Shown here: positions 9,336 through 20,558 of the stretch, piece after piece
Position numbering within the stretch: position 1 is the stretch's first letter
Layout of the letters: each line of letters begins with the position of its first letter
NCBI GenBank assembly: GCA_965246715.1
Contig: CBDFFH010000015.1
Location: 128,001-192,000, forward strand
Source of the DNA: Chamaesiphon sp.
Lineage (GTDB): Bacteria > Cyanobacteriota > Cyanobacteriia > Cyanobacteriales > Chamaesiphonaceae
DNA: 64,000 nucleotides
Direction: 5' to 3'
Position numbers and translations under genes: made by a program
The notes under the pieces: model-generated
What the model was told of the DNA's origin: nothing
Databases searched by the model: none
The model's input: the letters and a program-made list of their open reading frames with translations, nothing else

Positions 9336-9408
9336 TCGATCGATCTCCAACCCAAAATACTAAATTCTTGTCTAAGATCGATTGAGATACAACTATATTG
9401 AAAGTCTA

Positions 9409-9729
9409 TCAGGATACATATTTAAAACCATTTCCATAAACAATCACTTCTGCACCCCCGGTAACTACGCTTGGATTAGCAATTTTTACTCCTATTACTC
9501 CATCATAACCAGCCTTTTTAGCTTTTTTATCTAACTCTTGCAATGCTATATCTATAGCCTCTTGGATCGTATCTTCATAATGATTCATCCGTCCACCTAT
9601 CAAATCTTTTATGTTTGATCGAATATCCTTAACAACGTTTGCAGAATTGACAATAACAATTGTCAGTAATTCACCAATTTCAATTCCTGGATTTTGCAAA
9701 GAATCTAGACTAACTAGCATTTGATTCAC
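9409..9729 (-). CDS. YbjQ/UPF0145 family putative heavy-metal-binding protein
   Basis: 106 aa; [22 protein letters not shown]...A..GYDGVIGV...EVIVYG pattern. Confidence 0.8.
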   Translation of the reverse strand: MNQMLVSLDSLQNPGIEIGELLTIVIVNSANVVKDIRSNIKDLIGGRMNHYEDTIQEAIDIALQELDKKAKKAGYDGVIGVKIANPSVVTGGAEVIVYGNGFKYVS

Positions 9730-11536
9730 CTAATATTTTTTGTGATTGAGTAGTCCGTTTCCATTGATAAAGTAAGACCAACGGTAATATAGCCAGAATG
9801 ATGAGCAAGGCAGACAAGAAAGCCATTGGAATAAAACCAAATTTGTCAGCCATTAATTCCCAGGAGATAGCACCTGTCGATAGCTTAAAGATTCCATCAA
9901 ATATCAAGAATTGATTATTTGGGGCTTCCCAAAATTCTATCGCAGCATTAATATTACCGCTTTTTACAATATGTGCCATGACGCTATTGTTTTTAATTAT
10001 TGAAGGATCTTCGTTAATTAAAAACTTTACAAGTTGATTTCTCTGTGGTTGTTTAAGCTCTTTTAAATAGCCTGCTAATCTTTCCAGATCGCTAGCTGAT
10101 AAATGCACAGAAAGTGATAGCAAGTTTTTCTTGGGTATCGACAGCAAGCTGCGAATAGAGTCAGTATTTAGAAGTGTAACTTTAGATATTGTAGAAGAAT
10201 CCTTTATCTCTAAAATATCTAGCAAAAGCTTGCGATCTAAATTTTCAAGGGGTAAATTTTTGTATAGCTCTAGCTCTATAACTTCTTTAATTTGATTGCC
10301 TGCTAAGTTATGCCACTCAACTAAGTCAGATAAGTTATGAGTAGTTTCAATCATTTTATAGCTAACTTCTGGCAATGATAGTGCTCGAGTAAATGTACCA
10401 TCTTTAATGGATTCCATTAGTTGGCTACGACCCATATTGTTTAAGGCAATACCTATCAGCAGAGATATTCTTGGTATATTATCTTCATTTAATATTTCTT
10501 TAAATTCAGGTAGCTCCCTAGCGATACTTAAAGTATCTCGAAAATCTTTCTGAAAATCCAGCCATGAAGCATAGACATCATTAGAAATTTCTCTAGCAAT
10601 TTGAGGAATTTCAGTCTGAACTTCTTTTTCTATAGTAGAGACTATTCCTTTTTGAATAGTTTGTTTTATATCTGGATTTTTCAGGGATTTCTGGATTGTT
10701 GGTAATGCTCCATCAAAACTTTTTATTAATTCAGTTCCAATTAGAGAAAGGCTAATAATCTCACCAATACCTGGAATTAATCCACTCCCAAAGCGACTTA
10801 GAACTCGCTCACTTAATTGTTGAAAAACTCTATTAGCAATTGTACCAACAACTTTTTTCCTGAGCTTTGCTGTAATCGAGGTAGCAAGGAAAGCACCACC
10901 ACCCATAAATCCAAATTTATGTTGCTCGATATATTGAATAGTATCTGGCTTTAAAGAACCTATTGCATCAGAATCTATATCCGAAGATTTGATTTTTTTA
11001 CTAAATGTATTTACGAATGCTTCTGAGTACTGGCGATTAACAAATTTCTGGAGACAATCGATAGCATAGGATGAAGATTTTGCGGAAGTCACTTCTAACT
11101 TGTCTGAAAGTGTTTCAGACACATTTTTAGATAATTGATTCAATTTTCCCTTTAACAATGGTGCATTGAATGCAATTTCAGTAACCTCATTAGCCAATTC
11201 TTCTGCTTTAGAGGGCATCCAACTGCTTTGAAATCGATTCATTAAGCCAGTATTATCATTAACCATCAGTACTGCATTATCAATTTCAGAATCAATAACC
11301 GAGTCAAGCTTTAATGTTCGCCATTCCCTATGAACTATGTCTCCAAAGTCCACATTGGTTTGATCTTCAAGAAAGTCCTGTATGCTAAGATTCAGATCTA
11401 GCCGTAATTGTGCCTCGCTAATTTCTTCGCACTTAGAAGGAAGATGATATACCTGTTCAGCAATTGGTGCTGCATATGCGACCGTATTGTTTATCATTAA
11501 ACAAAATATAAGGCACCATGTTAGTAATCTTTTCAT
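9710..11536 (-). CDS. Hypothetical exported protein with C-terminal membrane anchor
   Basis: 608-aa AT-rich ORF; N-terminal signal peptide (AYA-A), C-terminal hydrophobic helix. Confidence 0.75.
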   Translation of the reverse strand: MKRLLTWCLIFCLMINNTVAYAAPIAEQVYHLPSKCEEISEAQLRLDLNLSIQDFLEDQTNVDFGDIVHREWRTLKLDSVIDSEIDNAVLMVNDNTGLMNRFQSSWMPSKAEELANEVTEIAFNAPLLKGKLNQLSKNVSETLSDKLEVTSAKSSSYAIDCLQKFVNRQYSEAFVNTFSKKIKSSDIDSDAIGSLKPDTIQYIEQHKFGFMGGGAFLATSITAKLRKKVVGTIANRVFQQLSERVLSRFGSGLIPGIGEIISLSLIGTELIKSFDGALPTIQKSLKNPDIKQTIQKGIVSTIEKEVQTEIPQIAREISNDVYASWLDFQKDFRDTLSIARELPEFKEILNEDNIPRISLLIGIALNNMGRSQLMESIKDGTFTRALSLPEVSYKMIETTHNLSDLVEWHNLAGNQIKEVIELELYKNLPLENLDRKLLLDILEIKDSSTISKVTLLNTDSIRSLLSIPKKNLLSLSVHLSASDLERLAGYLKELKQPQRNQLVKFLINEDPSIIKNNSVMAHIVKSGNINAAIEFWEAPNNQFLIFDGIFKLSTGAISWELMADKFGFIPMAFLSALLIILAILPLVLLYQWKRTTQSQKILGESNAS

Positions 11537-11738
11537 GGAAAATAAGATGCTGAATATTAATTAAATATGTTGTATGCACGGCAAAGTAGCCCTGTAGGTT
11601 TTAGCCAATTTTATACTGCGCTACTATAGTTAAATTAAGTATTCCCTGAATCACCTCCAAAACAGCAGTAACTAGAATTAAATTTTAGTTACTGCTACGG
11701 TAATTAGGACGTTCGAGATGAATGAAACCGATAGATAA

Positions 11739-11780
11739 AAAAATGAAGCAGAGTGGATCGATCCACTCTGCTTCATTTTT
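11739..11780. terminator. Perfect 42-bp palindrome, probable terminator downstream of glutamate synthase
   Basis: aaaaatgaagcagagtggatc|gatccactctgcttcattttt. Confidence 0.65.
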
Positions 11781-11793
11781 ACAGCATCACGAC

Positions 11794-14700
11794 CTAAGCA
11801 CTCACAGCCTGTTTAGCACTAGTCTCCGGTGTTTCCGCCTCCGAAGGAGGCACCAACTGCCAGAACTTAGGCAGATACTCCGCCCACCGACTCAAGATTT
11901 CCTGCGCCTTCTGACTCCCCGTTTTCGCACCATGCGCCGCAATTAGATCCTTCAATTGCTTCTCACCTGCCGCTGTTTCTACCCGTTGCCATTTGACGAT
12001 TTCGGGATTGATTTTGGCGATGAAAGTGTCATCCTCGTCGAGGAAATAACCCAAACCGCCTGTCATCCCCGCACCGACATTCCGCCCGACTTGACCGAGG
12101 ACGACTACTACGCCGCCGGTCATGTATTCACAACAGTGATCGCCAGTACCTTCGACTACTGCGGTGGCGCGGGAGTTGCGGACGGCGAAGCGTTCGCCTG
12201 CTCGTCCGTTGGCGAAGAGGTAGCCGCCGGTGGCTCCGTAGAGGCAGGTATTACCGATGATGACGTTGCGGCTGGTATCGAAGGTAGTGCCTGTGTGGGG
12301 TTTGATGACGATTTCGCCGCCATTGATGCCTTTACATACGTAGTCATTGCTTTCGCCTGTGAGGATCAGGCTGACTCCTTCGTGGTTGAATGCGCCGAAG
12401 CTTTGTCCGGCTGCCCCCTCGAAGTTGAGCGTGAGTTGACCTTCAAAGGCGCTGTCGCCATATTTGAGGGCAATTGCACCGGAGATGCGTCCGCCAACAG
12501 ATCGATCGGTATTAATAATCTTCCAGGATTTACTTGCCACGCCTTGATTTGCGATCGCGGCTTGAATCTCGCTATCTGCTAGAATTTCATCATCCAAGAC
12601 GGTGCCATTGGTATGTACATCGCCGTGCGTGAGGAAGGATCGATCGACCTTCGTAGCTGGTAACTGTGTCAAGCAGTCGAGGTTGAGTGTTTTGACTTTA
12701 GTTAACACCACATCTGGACGCATGGTAAATAAATCTGCACGTCCGACTAGTTCGTTCAACGATCGATAGCCGAGCCGAGCTAAAATACTTCGCACTTCTT
12801 CGGCGATAAAGTAGAAGAAATTTACTACCTGTTCGGGGATGCCAGGGAAGCGCGCGCGTAAGTCTTCGCGCTGGGAAGCTACGCCGACGGGACATTTATT
12901 GGTATGACAGATGCGCGCCATGATACAACCTTCAGCGATCATCGCGATCGAACCGAAGCCATATTCTTCCGCGCCCATTAACGCAGCGACGATAATATCC
13001 CAGCCGGATTTTAACCCACCATCGACGCGGAGTAAGACGCGATCTCGTAAGTTATTTTCCATTAGCACTCGGTGAACTTCAGTTAGACCGAGTTCCCATG
13101 GGCTGCCAGCATGTTTGATAGAGGATAGGGGCGACGCACCCGTACCGCCGTCGTGACCAGAGATCTGGATGATGTCGGCGTTGGCTTTGGCTACGCCTGC
13201 GGCGATAGTACCGATGCCGATTTCGGCGACGAGTTTGACGGATACTCGGGCTTTCGGGTTGATTTGGTGGAGATCGTAGATTAGTTGCTCTAGATCTTCG
13301 ATCGAGTAAATATCGTGGTGCGGTGGTGGGGAAATCAGCATTACCCCTGGTTTCGATCGCCGCAACATGGCGATGTATTGGCTGACTTTTGGCCCTGGTA
13401 ATTGTCCGCCTTCACCTGGTTTTGCACCTTGGGCGAGTTTGATTTCGATCTGTTTGGCACTCATCAGGTATTCCGGTGTCACCCCAAAGCGTCCCGATGC
13501 TACCTGTTTGATCGCACTCATGGCGGTGTCGCCATTCCGCAAGCCATTTAAGTGCGGGAGAATAGATGATTTACCATTGACAGCATCATCGATCGTTTTA
13601 TAACGTACCGGATCTTCGCCGCCTTCGCCGCTATTAGATTTAGCACCGAGGCGATTCATCGCGATGGCGAGGACTTCATGAGCTTCCCGTGACAATGCGC
13701 CGAGGGACATCCCCCCAGTGCAAAAGCGTTTGACGATATCGCTTACCGACTCGACTTCTTCGAGACTAATGGGATTTCGATCGCTTTTGAAGTCCAGCAG
13801 GTCGCGTAGCGCCGTTAAGGGGCGTTCCTGAAGATATTTTTTATAGGTATCATAGTGGTCGTAACCCGCCTGAGTCTGGTAAGCATCTACCGCTTTGTGC
13901 AGTGCTTTGGCCATTTGGGGGCTATTCATGTGATACTCGCCACTGGGACGGTAGTTGAAGAAGCCGAGGTTTTCCAGCTTGCGGAGTTCTTGGGGGAACG
14001 CCTTGTGGTGGAATGTCATGGTTTCCTGGGCTACGTCGGCGATAGTCAAACCACCGATGCGGGAAGTCGTTCCTTTAAATGCGAGATCGAGTAATTGCCG
14101 ACCGATGCCGATCGCTTCAAAGATTTGCGCTCCTTGGTAGGATGATAATAAGGAGATCCCCATCTTCGAGAGAATTTTGAGCAAACCATCTTCGACGGCT
14201 TTGCGGTAATTAGCTTGCGCTTTGTCGATCGTCACTTTCAGTTCGCCGCGCGAAATTGCCGCTTGCGCTTTACTCGAATTCCACCAACTCCGGACGGATT
14301 CCCAAGCTAGGTACGGACAGACAGCCGAAGCACCAAAGCCAATCAGACAGGCGAAATGATGTGTGCTCCAGCACTGCGCGGTATCGACAATCAGCGATAC
14401 TCGACTGCGTAAGCCCCGATCGATCAGATAATGATGCACTGCACCGACAGCAACTAATGGTGGAATGTAGGTAATTTCCTCGGTTAAGCCGCTTTCCGAC
14501 CAATCGCTGAGCACGATAATCTGATTGCCTGAATTAACGTTATCGAATGCAGCGGCGCACAATCGCTCGATCGCAGGTTGCAATCCATTTGCGCCAGCCG
14601 CGACGGGATAGAGGGTGGATAAAAACCCACAACCGAGGGAGGAAGCTTTAATTACTTCCAATTCGGCTTCATTTAGCACGGGACTAGTTAATTTCAAGAA

Positions 14701-16392
14701 ACCAGCCGCTTCGGGTTTGGCTTCGAGTAAATTGCCTTTTTTCCCCAGACTGACATCGAGCGACATCACGAGTTTTTCGCGCAACGGATCGATCGCGGGA
14801 TTTGTTACCTGCGCGAACCGCTGTTTGAAGTAGTCGTAGAGCGGATGCGCTTTCTCTGACAATACCGCCAGGGGAATATCGTCGCCCATGCAGAAGGTTG
14901 GCTCCTTACCATTTTCCGCCATATCATTGACGATCGCCGTAATATCCTCTTCCGTGTAGCCGAAGGCGGTTTGCTGGCTCAGCAGTCCCGACTCGATCCG
15001 ACAACTAGTTTCAAACGTTTGTGCGGTGAGGGTTTGACGGTGCTCCTTGAGCCATGCGCCGTAGGGATGAGTTTTGGCGATGCGCTCTTTAACTTCCCAA
15101 TTATGTAAAATCTCTTGAGTTTCCAGATCGACGACAATCGTTTGGCCTGGGCCTAAGCGACCTTTTTCGACAATCTCGCTTGCAGGTAAATCGACGACTC
15201 CTGCCTCGGAGCCGACATATAGATAGCCATCTTTGGTAATGCAATACCTCGCTGGACGCAAACCATTGCGATCGAGTGTCGCGCCGACGATTTTGCCATC
15301 ACTAAACGAGAGCAACGCAGGGCCATCCCAAGCTTCTTGCAAACCGCTATAGTATTCATAAAAATCGGTAATCTCTGGATAATTCTCCAGTTCCGGCTGA
15401 TTTTTATATGCCTCTGGCACCATCATCATCAACCCCTCGATCGGACTCCGCCCCGATCGCACGATCAGTTCTAAGACATTATCTAATGTCCCCGAATCAC
15501 TATTATCCAGATTTAAAATCGGTTGCAATTCCCGCAACCTGTCCTTCCAAATCGGATGATTCAAATCGCCTTCCCGCGCGGTCATCCCATTAATATTTCC
15601 CAACAGGGTATTAATTTCCCCATTGTGTCCCAACATCCGCATCGGCTGTGCCAGCGGCCATTTTGGTAAGGTATTCGTACTAAATCGACGGTGATAGACC
15701 GCAAATGCCGCCGTAAATAGCGGATTGGTTAAGTCACTATAAAACTCGCCCAATACCGCCGATCGCACCATGCCTTTATACACGATCGTCCGACCAGACA
15801 GCGAACAGATATAGAAATCATCCCCAGGCTTAACCGTACCCTGTGATTGCAAGGCTTTGACAATTTTGCGCCGTACCAAATAAAACTGGCGTTCTAGCTC
15901 GTCGCCAGTAGCCGTTCCCGCGATAAATACTTGCTCGATACAAGGCTGATTTTCCCGCGCTTGCATCCCCAATGTCTCTGGATTGACAGGTACTTCCCGC
16001 CAGCCAATGAGTTGACACCCTTCGCGCTCGATCGTGTCAGCAATGATGCCCTTCGCAACACTCCGCTTGTATGCGTCTTGGGGTAAAAATACCATCCCCA
16101 CGCCCAATTGAGAGCGATCGCCCTGTGCGTACTCCCCAAACAACTCCCACGGAATACTCGTCAAAATCCCCGCCCCATCGCCAGAATCGCGATCGGCACT
16201 GCAACCACCGCGATGCTCCATACAAGTCAGCGCTGCCAAAGTTTGCTGGATTAATTTATGACTGGTCTTTCCCGCCGGACTAGCGATAAACCCCACCCCA
16301 CAAGCATCCCGCTCTTCCACGAGCCAGCGAGGTCCCAGGTAAGGAATATTATTAGCTTCAGGAGTATGCCAATGACTGTCAGATTGGTTCAT
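11794..16392 (-). CDS. gltB: Ferredoxin-dependent glutamate synthase (GlsF/GltS, large-subunit family)
   Basis: 1532 aa; ERDA-CGVGF amidotransferase start, [26 protein letters not shown] 3Fe-4S motif; no adjacent gltD. Confidence 0.95.
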   Translation of the reverse strand: MNQSDSHWHTPEANNIPYLGPRWLVEERDACGVGFIASPAGKTSHKLIQQTLAALTCMEHRGGCSADRDSGDGAGILTSIPWELFGEYAQGDRSQLGVGMVFLPQDAYKRSVAKGIIADTIEREGCQLIGWREVPVNPETLGMQARENQPCIEQVFIAGTATGDELERQFYLVRRKIVKALQSQGTVKPGDDFYICSLSGRTIVYKGMVRSAVLGEFYSDLTNPLFTAAFAVYHRRFSTNTLPKWPLAQPMRMLGHNGEINTLLGNINGMTAREGDLNHPIWKDRLRELQPILNLDNSDSGTLDNVLELIVRSGRSPIEGLMMMVPEAYKNQPELENYPEITDFYEYYSGLQEAWDGPALLSFSDGKIVGATLDRNGLRPARYCITKDGYLYVGSEAGVVDLPASEIVEKGRLGPGQTIVVDLETQEILHNWEVKERIAKTHPYGAWLKEHRQTLTAQTFETSCRIESGLLSQQTAFGYTEEDITAIVNDMAENGKEPTFCMGDDIPLAVLSEKAHPLYDYFKQRFAQVTNPAIDPLREKLVMSLDVSLGKKGNLLEAKPEAAGFLKLTSPVLNEAELEVIKASSLGCGFLSTLYPVAAGANGLQPAIERLCAAAFDNVNSGNQIIVLSDWSESGLTEEITYIPPLVAVGAVHHYLIDRGLRSRVSLIVDTAQCWSTHHFACLIGFGASAVCPYLAWESVRSWWNSSKAQAAISRGELKVTIDKAQANYRKAVEDGLLKILSKMGISLLSSYQGAQIFEAIGIGRQLLDLAFKGTTSRIGGLTIADVAQETMTFHHKAFPQELRKLENLGFFNYRPSGEYHMNSPQMAKALHKAVDAYQTQAGYDHYDTYKKYLQERPLTALRDLLDFKSDRNPISLEEVESVSDIVKRFCTGGMSLGALSREAHEVLAIAMNRLGAKSNSGEGGEDPVRYKTIDDAVNGKSSILPHLNGLRNGDTAMSAIKQVASGRFGVTPEYLMSAKQIEIKLAQGAKPGEGGQLPGPKVSQYIAMLRRSKPGVMLISPPPHHDIYSIEDLEQLIYDLHQINPKARVSVKLVAEIGIGTIAAGVAKANADIIQISGHDGGTGASPLSSIKHAGSPWELGLTEVHRVLMENNLRDRVLLRVDGGLKSGWDIIVAALMGAEEYGFGSIAMIAEGCIMARICHTNKCPVGVASQREDLRARFPGIPEQVVNFFYFIAEEVRSILARLGYRSLNELVGRADLFTMRPDVVLTKVKTLNLDCLTQLPATKVDRSFLTHGDVHTNGTVLDDEILADSEIQAAIANQGVASKSWKIINTDRSVGGRISGAIALKYGDSAFEGQLTLNFEGAAGQSFGAFNHEGVSLILTGESNDYVCKGINGGEIVIKPHTGTTFDTSRNVIIGNTCLYGATGGYLFANGRAGERFAVRNSRATAVVEGTGDHCCEYMTGGVVVVLGQVGRNVGAGMTGGLGYFLDEDDTFIAKINPEIVKWQRVETAAGEKQLKDLIAAHGAKTGSQKAQEILSRWAEYLPKFWQLVPPSEAETPETSAKQAVSA

Positions 16393-17137
16393 GGTGGGGG
16401 AGTCGAAATAATGTTATGAGGATGGGTAGCGGCAATAGTTGGTGTTGTTTCCAACCCAAAATAATCATTCAAGACTCAAACAGCCAAAACGTTTGAGTCA
16501 GTTTAGGAAAGTCAATTATATTACCTAATTGTTGAGATATTATAGAGTTATTTTCTTGTTTAGCGTAAGGGTAGCAATCTATGCATTATGTAGCTATAGA
16601 TACAGATTGCTGCTTAAACTCGATCTATTGGCAAGAACTTCTCGATCGGGTACTTTTAACTTAGAACATACGCATACCGATTTTAATCCAATCGATCTAT
16701 TAACATATCACCAAATTTGGCATAATATCGACTCCTGTTAAATAGAATCGATCGCTTTAGCGAAAGTTATCCAGTTTCTTCCTCCGAGATTGTCCTGCAC
16801 GTCCTGGTGTATCGGTTGGAAATATGTCTTGGGGCAAGCTGCGAGAAAACAGATCGACTATTTGTAAACAATAAATGAGAGTAACCACTCATCTCAAGGT
16901 GTAATTTAGCAATCGAGACAGTCCAAAGCTCGGAAAATAGGTAAATTTCTAAGCGATCGAGTCAGCCAGGATCGCTAAATCGCCTACTTCCTAGCAAAAA
17001 ATATGAAATTTCTCATTTAATCGACAAACAGATGACAAATGTTATCCAGTAAGGATTACCCGCATCGATCCCTCTGTGGAATGCCTGCAAAATCGACCGA
17101 TTTGAGTCAATTTAGATCGATCGAGTAGAGAAAACCC

Positions 17138-17166
17138 TTTACAAAGCTCAACATATGCTCTAATAT
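17138..17166 (+). promoter_or_regulatory. psbA sigma70-type promoter
   Basis: TTTACA-N17-TAATAT, about 63 nt upstream of the ATG. Confidence 0.65.
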
Positions 17167-17229
17167 GAAATGCATAGGGGTCGAGGCAATCGAACCCGTA
17201 CCTAGAAAATTCATCGCCATCATAAACAA

Positions 17230-18312
17230 ATGACTACTACCTTACAACGTCGCGAAAGCGCAAACGTATGGGAAAAGTTCTGTAGCTGGGTCACATCCAC
17301 CGAAAACCGCATTTATGTCGGTTGGTTCGGTGTATTAATGGTTCCTACATTACTCTCCGCCACAATCTGCTTCATCATCGCGTTCATCGCGGCACCTCCA
17401 GTAGACATCGACGGCATCCGCGAACCAGTCGCTGGTTCCTTAATGTTCGGTAACAACATCATTTCTGGTGCAGTTATTCCTTCATCCAACGCTATCGGTC
17501 TGCACTTCTACCCAATCTGGGAAGCAGCTTCCCTCGATGAGTGGTTGTACAACGGCGGCCCTTACCAACTAGTAGTATTCCACTTCTTAATTGGAATCTT
17601 CTGCTACATGGGTCGTGAATGGGAACTCTCCTACCGTTTAGGGATGCGTCCTTGGATCTGTGTTGCTTACTCCGCTCCCGTAGCAGCAGCAACCGCAGTA
17701 TTCTTGATCTACCCAATCGGTCAAGGTTCGTTCTCTGACGGTATGCCTTTAGGTATCTCCGGTACGTTCAACTTCATGATCGTCTTCCAAGCAGAGCACA
17801 ACATCCTGATGCACCCCTTCCACATGTTGGGAGTAGCTGGTGTATTTGGTGGTTCGTTATTCTCCGCAATGCATGGTTCCTTGGTAACTTCCTCTTTAGT
17901 TCGTGAAACAACTGAAGTTGAAAGCCAAAACTATGGTTACAAATTCGGTCAAGAAGAAGAAACTTACAACATCGTTGCAGCTCACGGCTACTTCGGTCGT
18001 TTGATCTTCCAATACGCTTCCTTCAACAACAGCCGTTCGTTGCACTTCTTCTTGGGTGCATGGCCTGTAGTTGGCATCTGGTTCACTTCTTTGGGTGTAT
18101 CCACGATGGCGTTCAACCTCAACGGTTTCAACTTCAACCAATCGGTTGTCGATGCTCAAGGTCATGGAATCAATACCTGGGCTGACATCATCAACCGCGC
18201 TAACCTCGGTATGGAAGTAATGCACGAGCGCAACGCTCACAACTTCCCACTCGATTTAGCTGCTGGTGAGTCTACTCCTGTTGCTTTAGTCGCTCCTTCG
18301 ATTAACGGTTAA
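17230..18312 (+). CDS. psbA: Photosystem II D1 protein (Glu130 form)
   Basis: 360 aa canonical D1; Y161, D170, E189, H332, E333, D342, A344 all present. Confidence 0.99.
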   Translation: MTTTLQRRESANVWEKFCSWVTSTENRIYVGWFGVLMVPTLLSATICFIIAFIAAPPVDIDGIREPVAGSLMFGNNIISGAVIPSSNAIGLHFYPIWEAASLDEWLYNGGPYQLVVFHFLIGIFCYMGREWELSYRLGMRPWICVAYSAPVAAATAVFLIYPIGQGSFSDGMPLGISGTFNFMIVFQAEHNILMHPFHMLGVAGVFGGSLFSAMHGSLVTSSLVRETTEVESQNYGYKFGQEEETYNIVAAHGYFGRLIFQYASFNNSRSLHFFLGAWPVVGIWFTSLGVSTMAFNLNGFNFNQSVVDAQGHGINTWADIINRANLGMEVMHERNAHNFPLDLAAGESTPVALVAPSING

Positions 18313-18333
18313 TTCCGACTGATTGAATGATTT

Positions 18334-18369
18334 AAAACCCCCCTCACTATCACTAGTGAGGGGGGTTTT
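18334..18369 (+). terminator. Intrinsic terminator after psbA
   Basis: aaaacccccctcacta-tcac-tagtgaggggggtttt. Confidence 0.85.
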
Positions 18370-18466
18370 GTGTTGGGAATTCGATCCCTGACTTTTTCCA
18401 AAAAGTCGGGGATCTCTCCACTCTGGGTTATTATAAAATTGGATAAATAAGATCTGGATAATTACT

Positions 18467-19003
18467 GTGGATTTGCATCCTTATGATGGTGTCAACCGTC
18501 GTTTTCTCCATACAGATATCGATCGAACGGCTGGATTTGATGTCATAGCCAGGATACTCCGCTTACCCATATCTTTGTTGAAAAACGATATTCTCTACGA
18601 TCTTTCATTTTATAGTGGTGGCGTTGGTATTATCGATCGGCTAGCAATATCGCTCCCTGCCGATGTTACTCTCTGGGCAAGCATTATAGATAAACTAGGA
18701 GCCAAGACAATTGAAGCTGCAAACCAAAATTCAGATTGGGCTTCAGATCTGGCTTGGCTTGTTTCTGATGGAGAAGATGATGAGGAAGAGGAAAATGAGC
18801 TAATAATCGTGGATCGTGAAGCAGCGATTAAGTTTGTCAATGGCGAGCGTTATAAGTTTCAAACATCATGCAAAACGATCGATAGGATTTACTTTACCGA
18901 GGAAAGTAATGTCAATTCTTGGTGTGCTTTATGGGGGGAGGATCGAAATATTAAGGCTCTTCACTACTTAGTATGCCAAGTTAATGATTGGGATGCCAAT
19001 TAA
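18467..19003 (+). CDS. Hypothetical acidic protein
   Basis: 178-aa ORF (GTG start), no family recognised; ends next to a MITE. Confidence 0.55.
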   Translation: MDLHPYDGVNRRFLHTDIDRTAGFDVIARILRLPISLLKNDILYDLSFYSGGVGIIDRLAISLPADVTLWASIIDKLGAKTIEAANQNSDWASDLAWLVSDGEDDEEEENELIIVDREAAIKFVNGERYKFQTSCKTIDRIYFTEESNVNSWCALWGEDRNIKALHYLVCQVNDWDAN

Positions 19004-19006
19004 GTA

Positions 19007-19339
19007 ACGTCAGTTCGGGTTAAGCAAATTGCGATAATCTAGTGATGGCTGGACTTGTGAGGGAATTAATTCTCAATATTAACTTACTCCTCACTAACAA
19101 CCTACCGTTGAGTAACTGCCGAAGGCAATCCACGCTAGCACCCTAGCAATCCATTCGCAGGGGAGTCTGAGGGGCGGCGACCCGCTGTCTTGACCCAAAC
19201 GCACGCTGAGGGAGCCTCAGCGCAATTTGGGTCGCTCCTCAGCGGGGGGCCTGGGGGTCGGTACCCCCAGATCCGGGTTTTTGCTTCTACCAATAACATT
19301 TGCACTTCTCAACGATCGATTCTTCTCCCGAACTGACGT
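19007..19339. mobile_element. MITE with ACGTCAGTTCGGG terminal inverted repeats
   Basis: TA|ACGTCAGTTCGGG ... CCCGAACTGACGT|TA; GC-rich hairpins inside; no transposase. Confidence 0.75.
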
Positions 19340-20334
19340 TAGTCAGCTAATTTAGCCAACAAAGAACGGACATCTGCCGTTGCCATCCGCGCACCCAACG
19401 TCGTTACAACTTGAGCAGAAGCTAGCGATCCCAACCGACCCGCACTCGCCCAATCCATGCCGTTAGTAATGCCATAGAGTACTCCACCAGCATACATATC
19501 ACCAGCACCGACAGTATCGATCGCTTTCACCGGAAATGGTTCGATTTGAATTAATTCTTGCCCATCAAAGATCATCGAACCTTTCGATCCCAATGTAATT
19601 GCAAATGTCTCAGCCAGCGTTTTGAAATGAGCGATAGCTTCAGTTAGATCTTGCGTTCCTGACAACTCGAATGCTTCGCTTTCATTAGCAAATAACAAAT
19701 CGACACCACCCCCAATCATCTCCAGTAGTCCTTGTTTGAAGAATTTCGCCATATTCTGGTCGGAAAGGGTCAGTGCGACCTTTTGACCAGCTGCTGCGGC
19801 GATCTCTCTGGCTTTGATTGCGGCTTGCTTGCTAGTTTCACCTGTCACGAGGTAGCCCTCGATATAAGTATAAGTTGCATTGGCGATCGCTTCAGGCGCT
19901 AGTTCGGCTTCCGAAAAGCTGGAAGAGATGCCCAGAAAGGTGTTCATCGTTCGATCGGCATCAGGAGTCACCAGTACCAGACATTTACCTGTAATCCCCG
20001 CTGCGGCGGTGTTGTGCTGGAGATCGAGATCGACACCGCATTGACGCAACTCGTCGAGATAATAAGCTCCAGGTTCGTCGTTGGCTACTTTGCATGAGTA
20101 GAAAGCTTTACCACCAAACTGACTGACAGCCACGATCGTATTTGCACCAGAACCGCCACTGGTGCGTTTGGTTGCGCGATCGCCCAACCGCGCTAAAATT
20201 TTGTTCTGACTCTCTTCATCGAGCAGCGTCATCACCCCTTTGTCGATGCTCAATTCATCAAGCACTGTTGGCGCTACTTCGCATTCTATATCTAGTAAAG
20301 CGTTACCGAGTCCATATACGTCGTAGCGTGTCAT
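19339..20334 (-). CDS. PfkB family carbohydrate kinase (adenosine kinase-like)
   Basis: GLGNALLD, SGGSGAN, DTVGAGD; start moved to ATG 20334. Confidence 0.9.
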   Translation of the reverse strand: MTRYDVYGLGNALLDIECEVAPTVLDELSIDKGVMTLLDEESQNKILARLGDRATKRTSGGSGANTIVAVSQFGGKAFYSCKVANDEPGAYYLDELRQCGVDLDLQHNTAAAGITGKCLVLVTPDADRTMNTFLGISSSFSEAELAPEAIANATYTYIEGYLVTGETSKQAAIKAREIAAAAGQKVALTLSDQNMAKFFKQGLLEMIGGGVDLLFANESEAFELSGTQDLTEAIAHFKTLAETFAITLGSKGSMIFDGQELIQIEPFPVKAIDTVGAGDMYAGGVLYGITNGMDWASAGRLGSLASAQVVTTLGARMATADVRSLLAKLAD

Positions 20335-20474
20335 AAAATTCCTCACCAAGCAAGTTAACAAATAAGATCGAATTCCCTTCATCAAGAATACCTGTTTAAC
20401 CGCCCCCTCAACCGATTCTCTCACACAGAGGCTGCGCCAACGACCCAGTAATTAGCGTAACTTTACAATCTCAT

Positions 20475-20516
20475 GTATCTTAAATCACAAAAAAGATCTA
20501 AGATTAACCGTAATAT
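20475..20516 (+). promoter_or_regulatory. NtcA-activated promoter of urtA
   Basis: GTA-N8-CAC (one mismatch to GTA-N8-TAC) followed 22 nt later by TAATAT, the canonical NtcA class II spacing. Confidence 0.7.
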
Positions 20517-20558
20517 CACAGCCAATAAATTCTGTGTGAAGAGTAGAGTTAAAAATCA

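Noticed and set aside
11956..12582. 208-aa plus-strand ORF and other short ORFs within glutamate synthase
   Set aside because: Antisense shadows of a highly conserved gene
17230..18312. Atypical (rogue or chlorophyll f synthase) D1
   Set aside because: All oxygen-evolving-complex ligands and the C-terminal processing site are present
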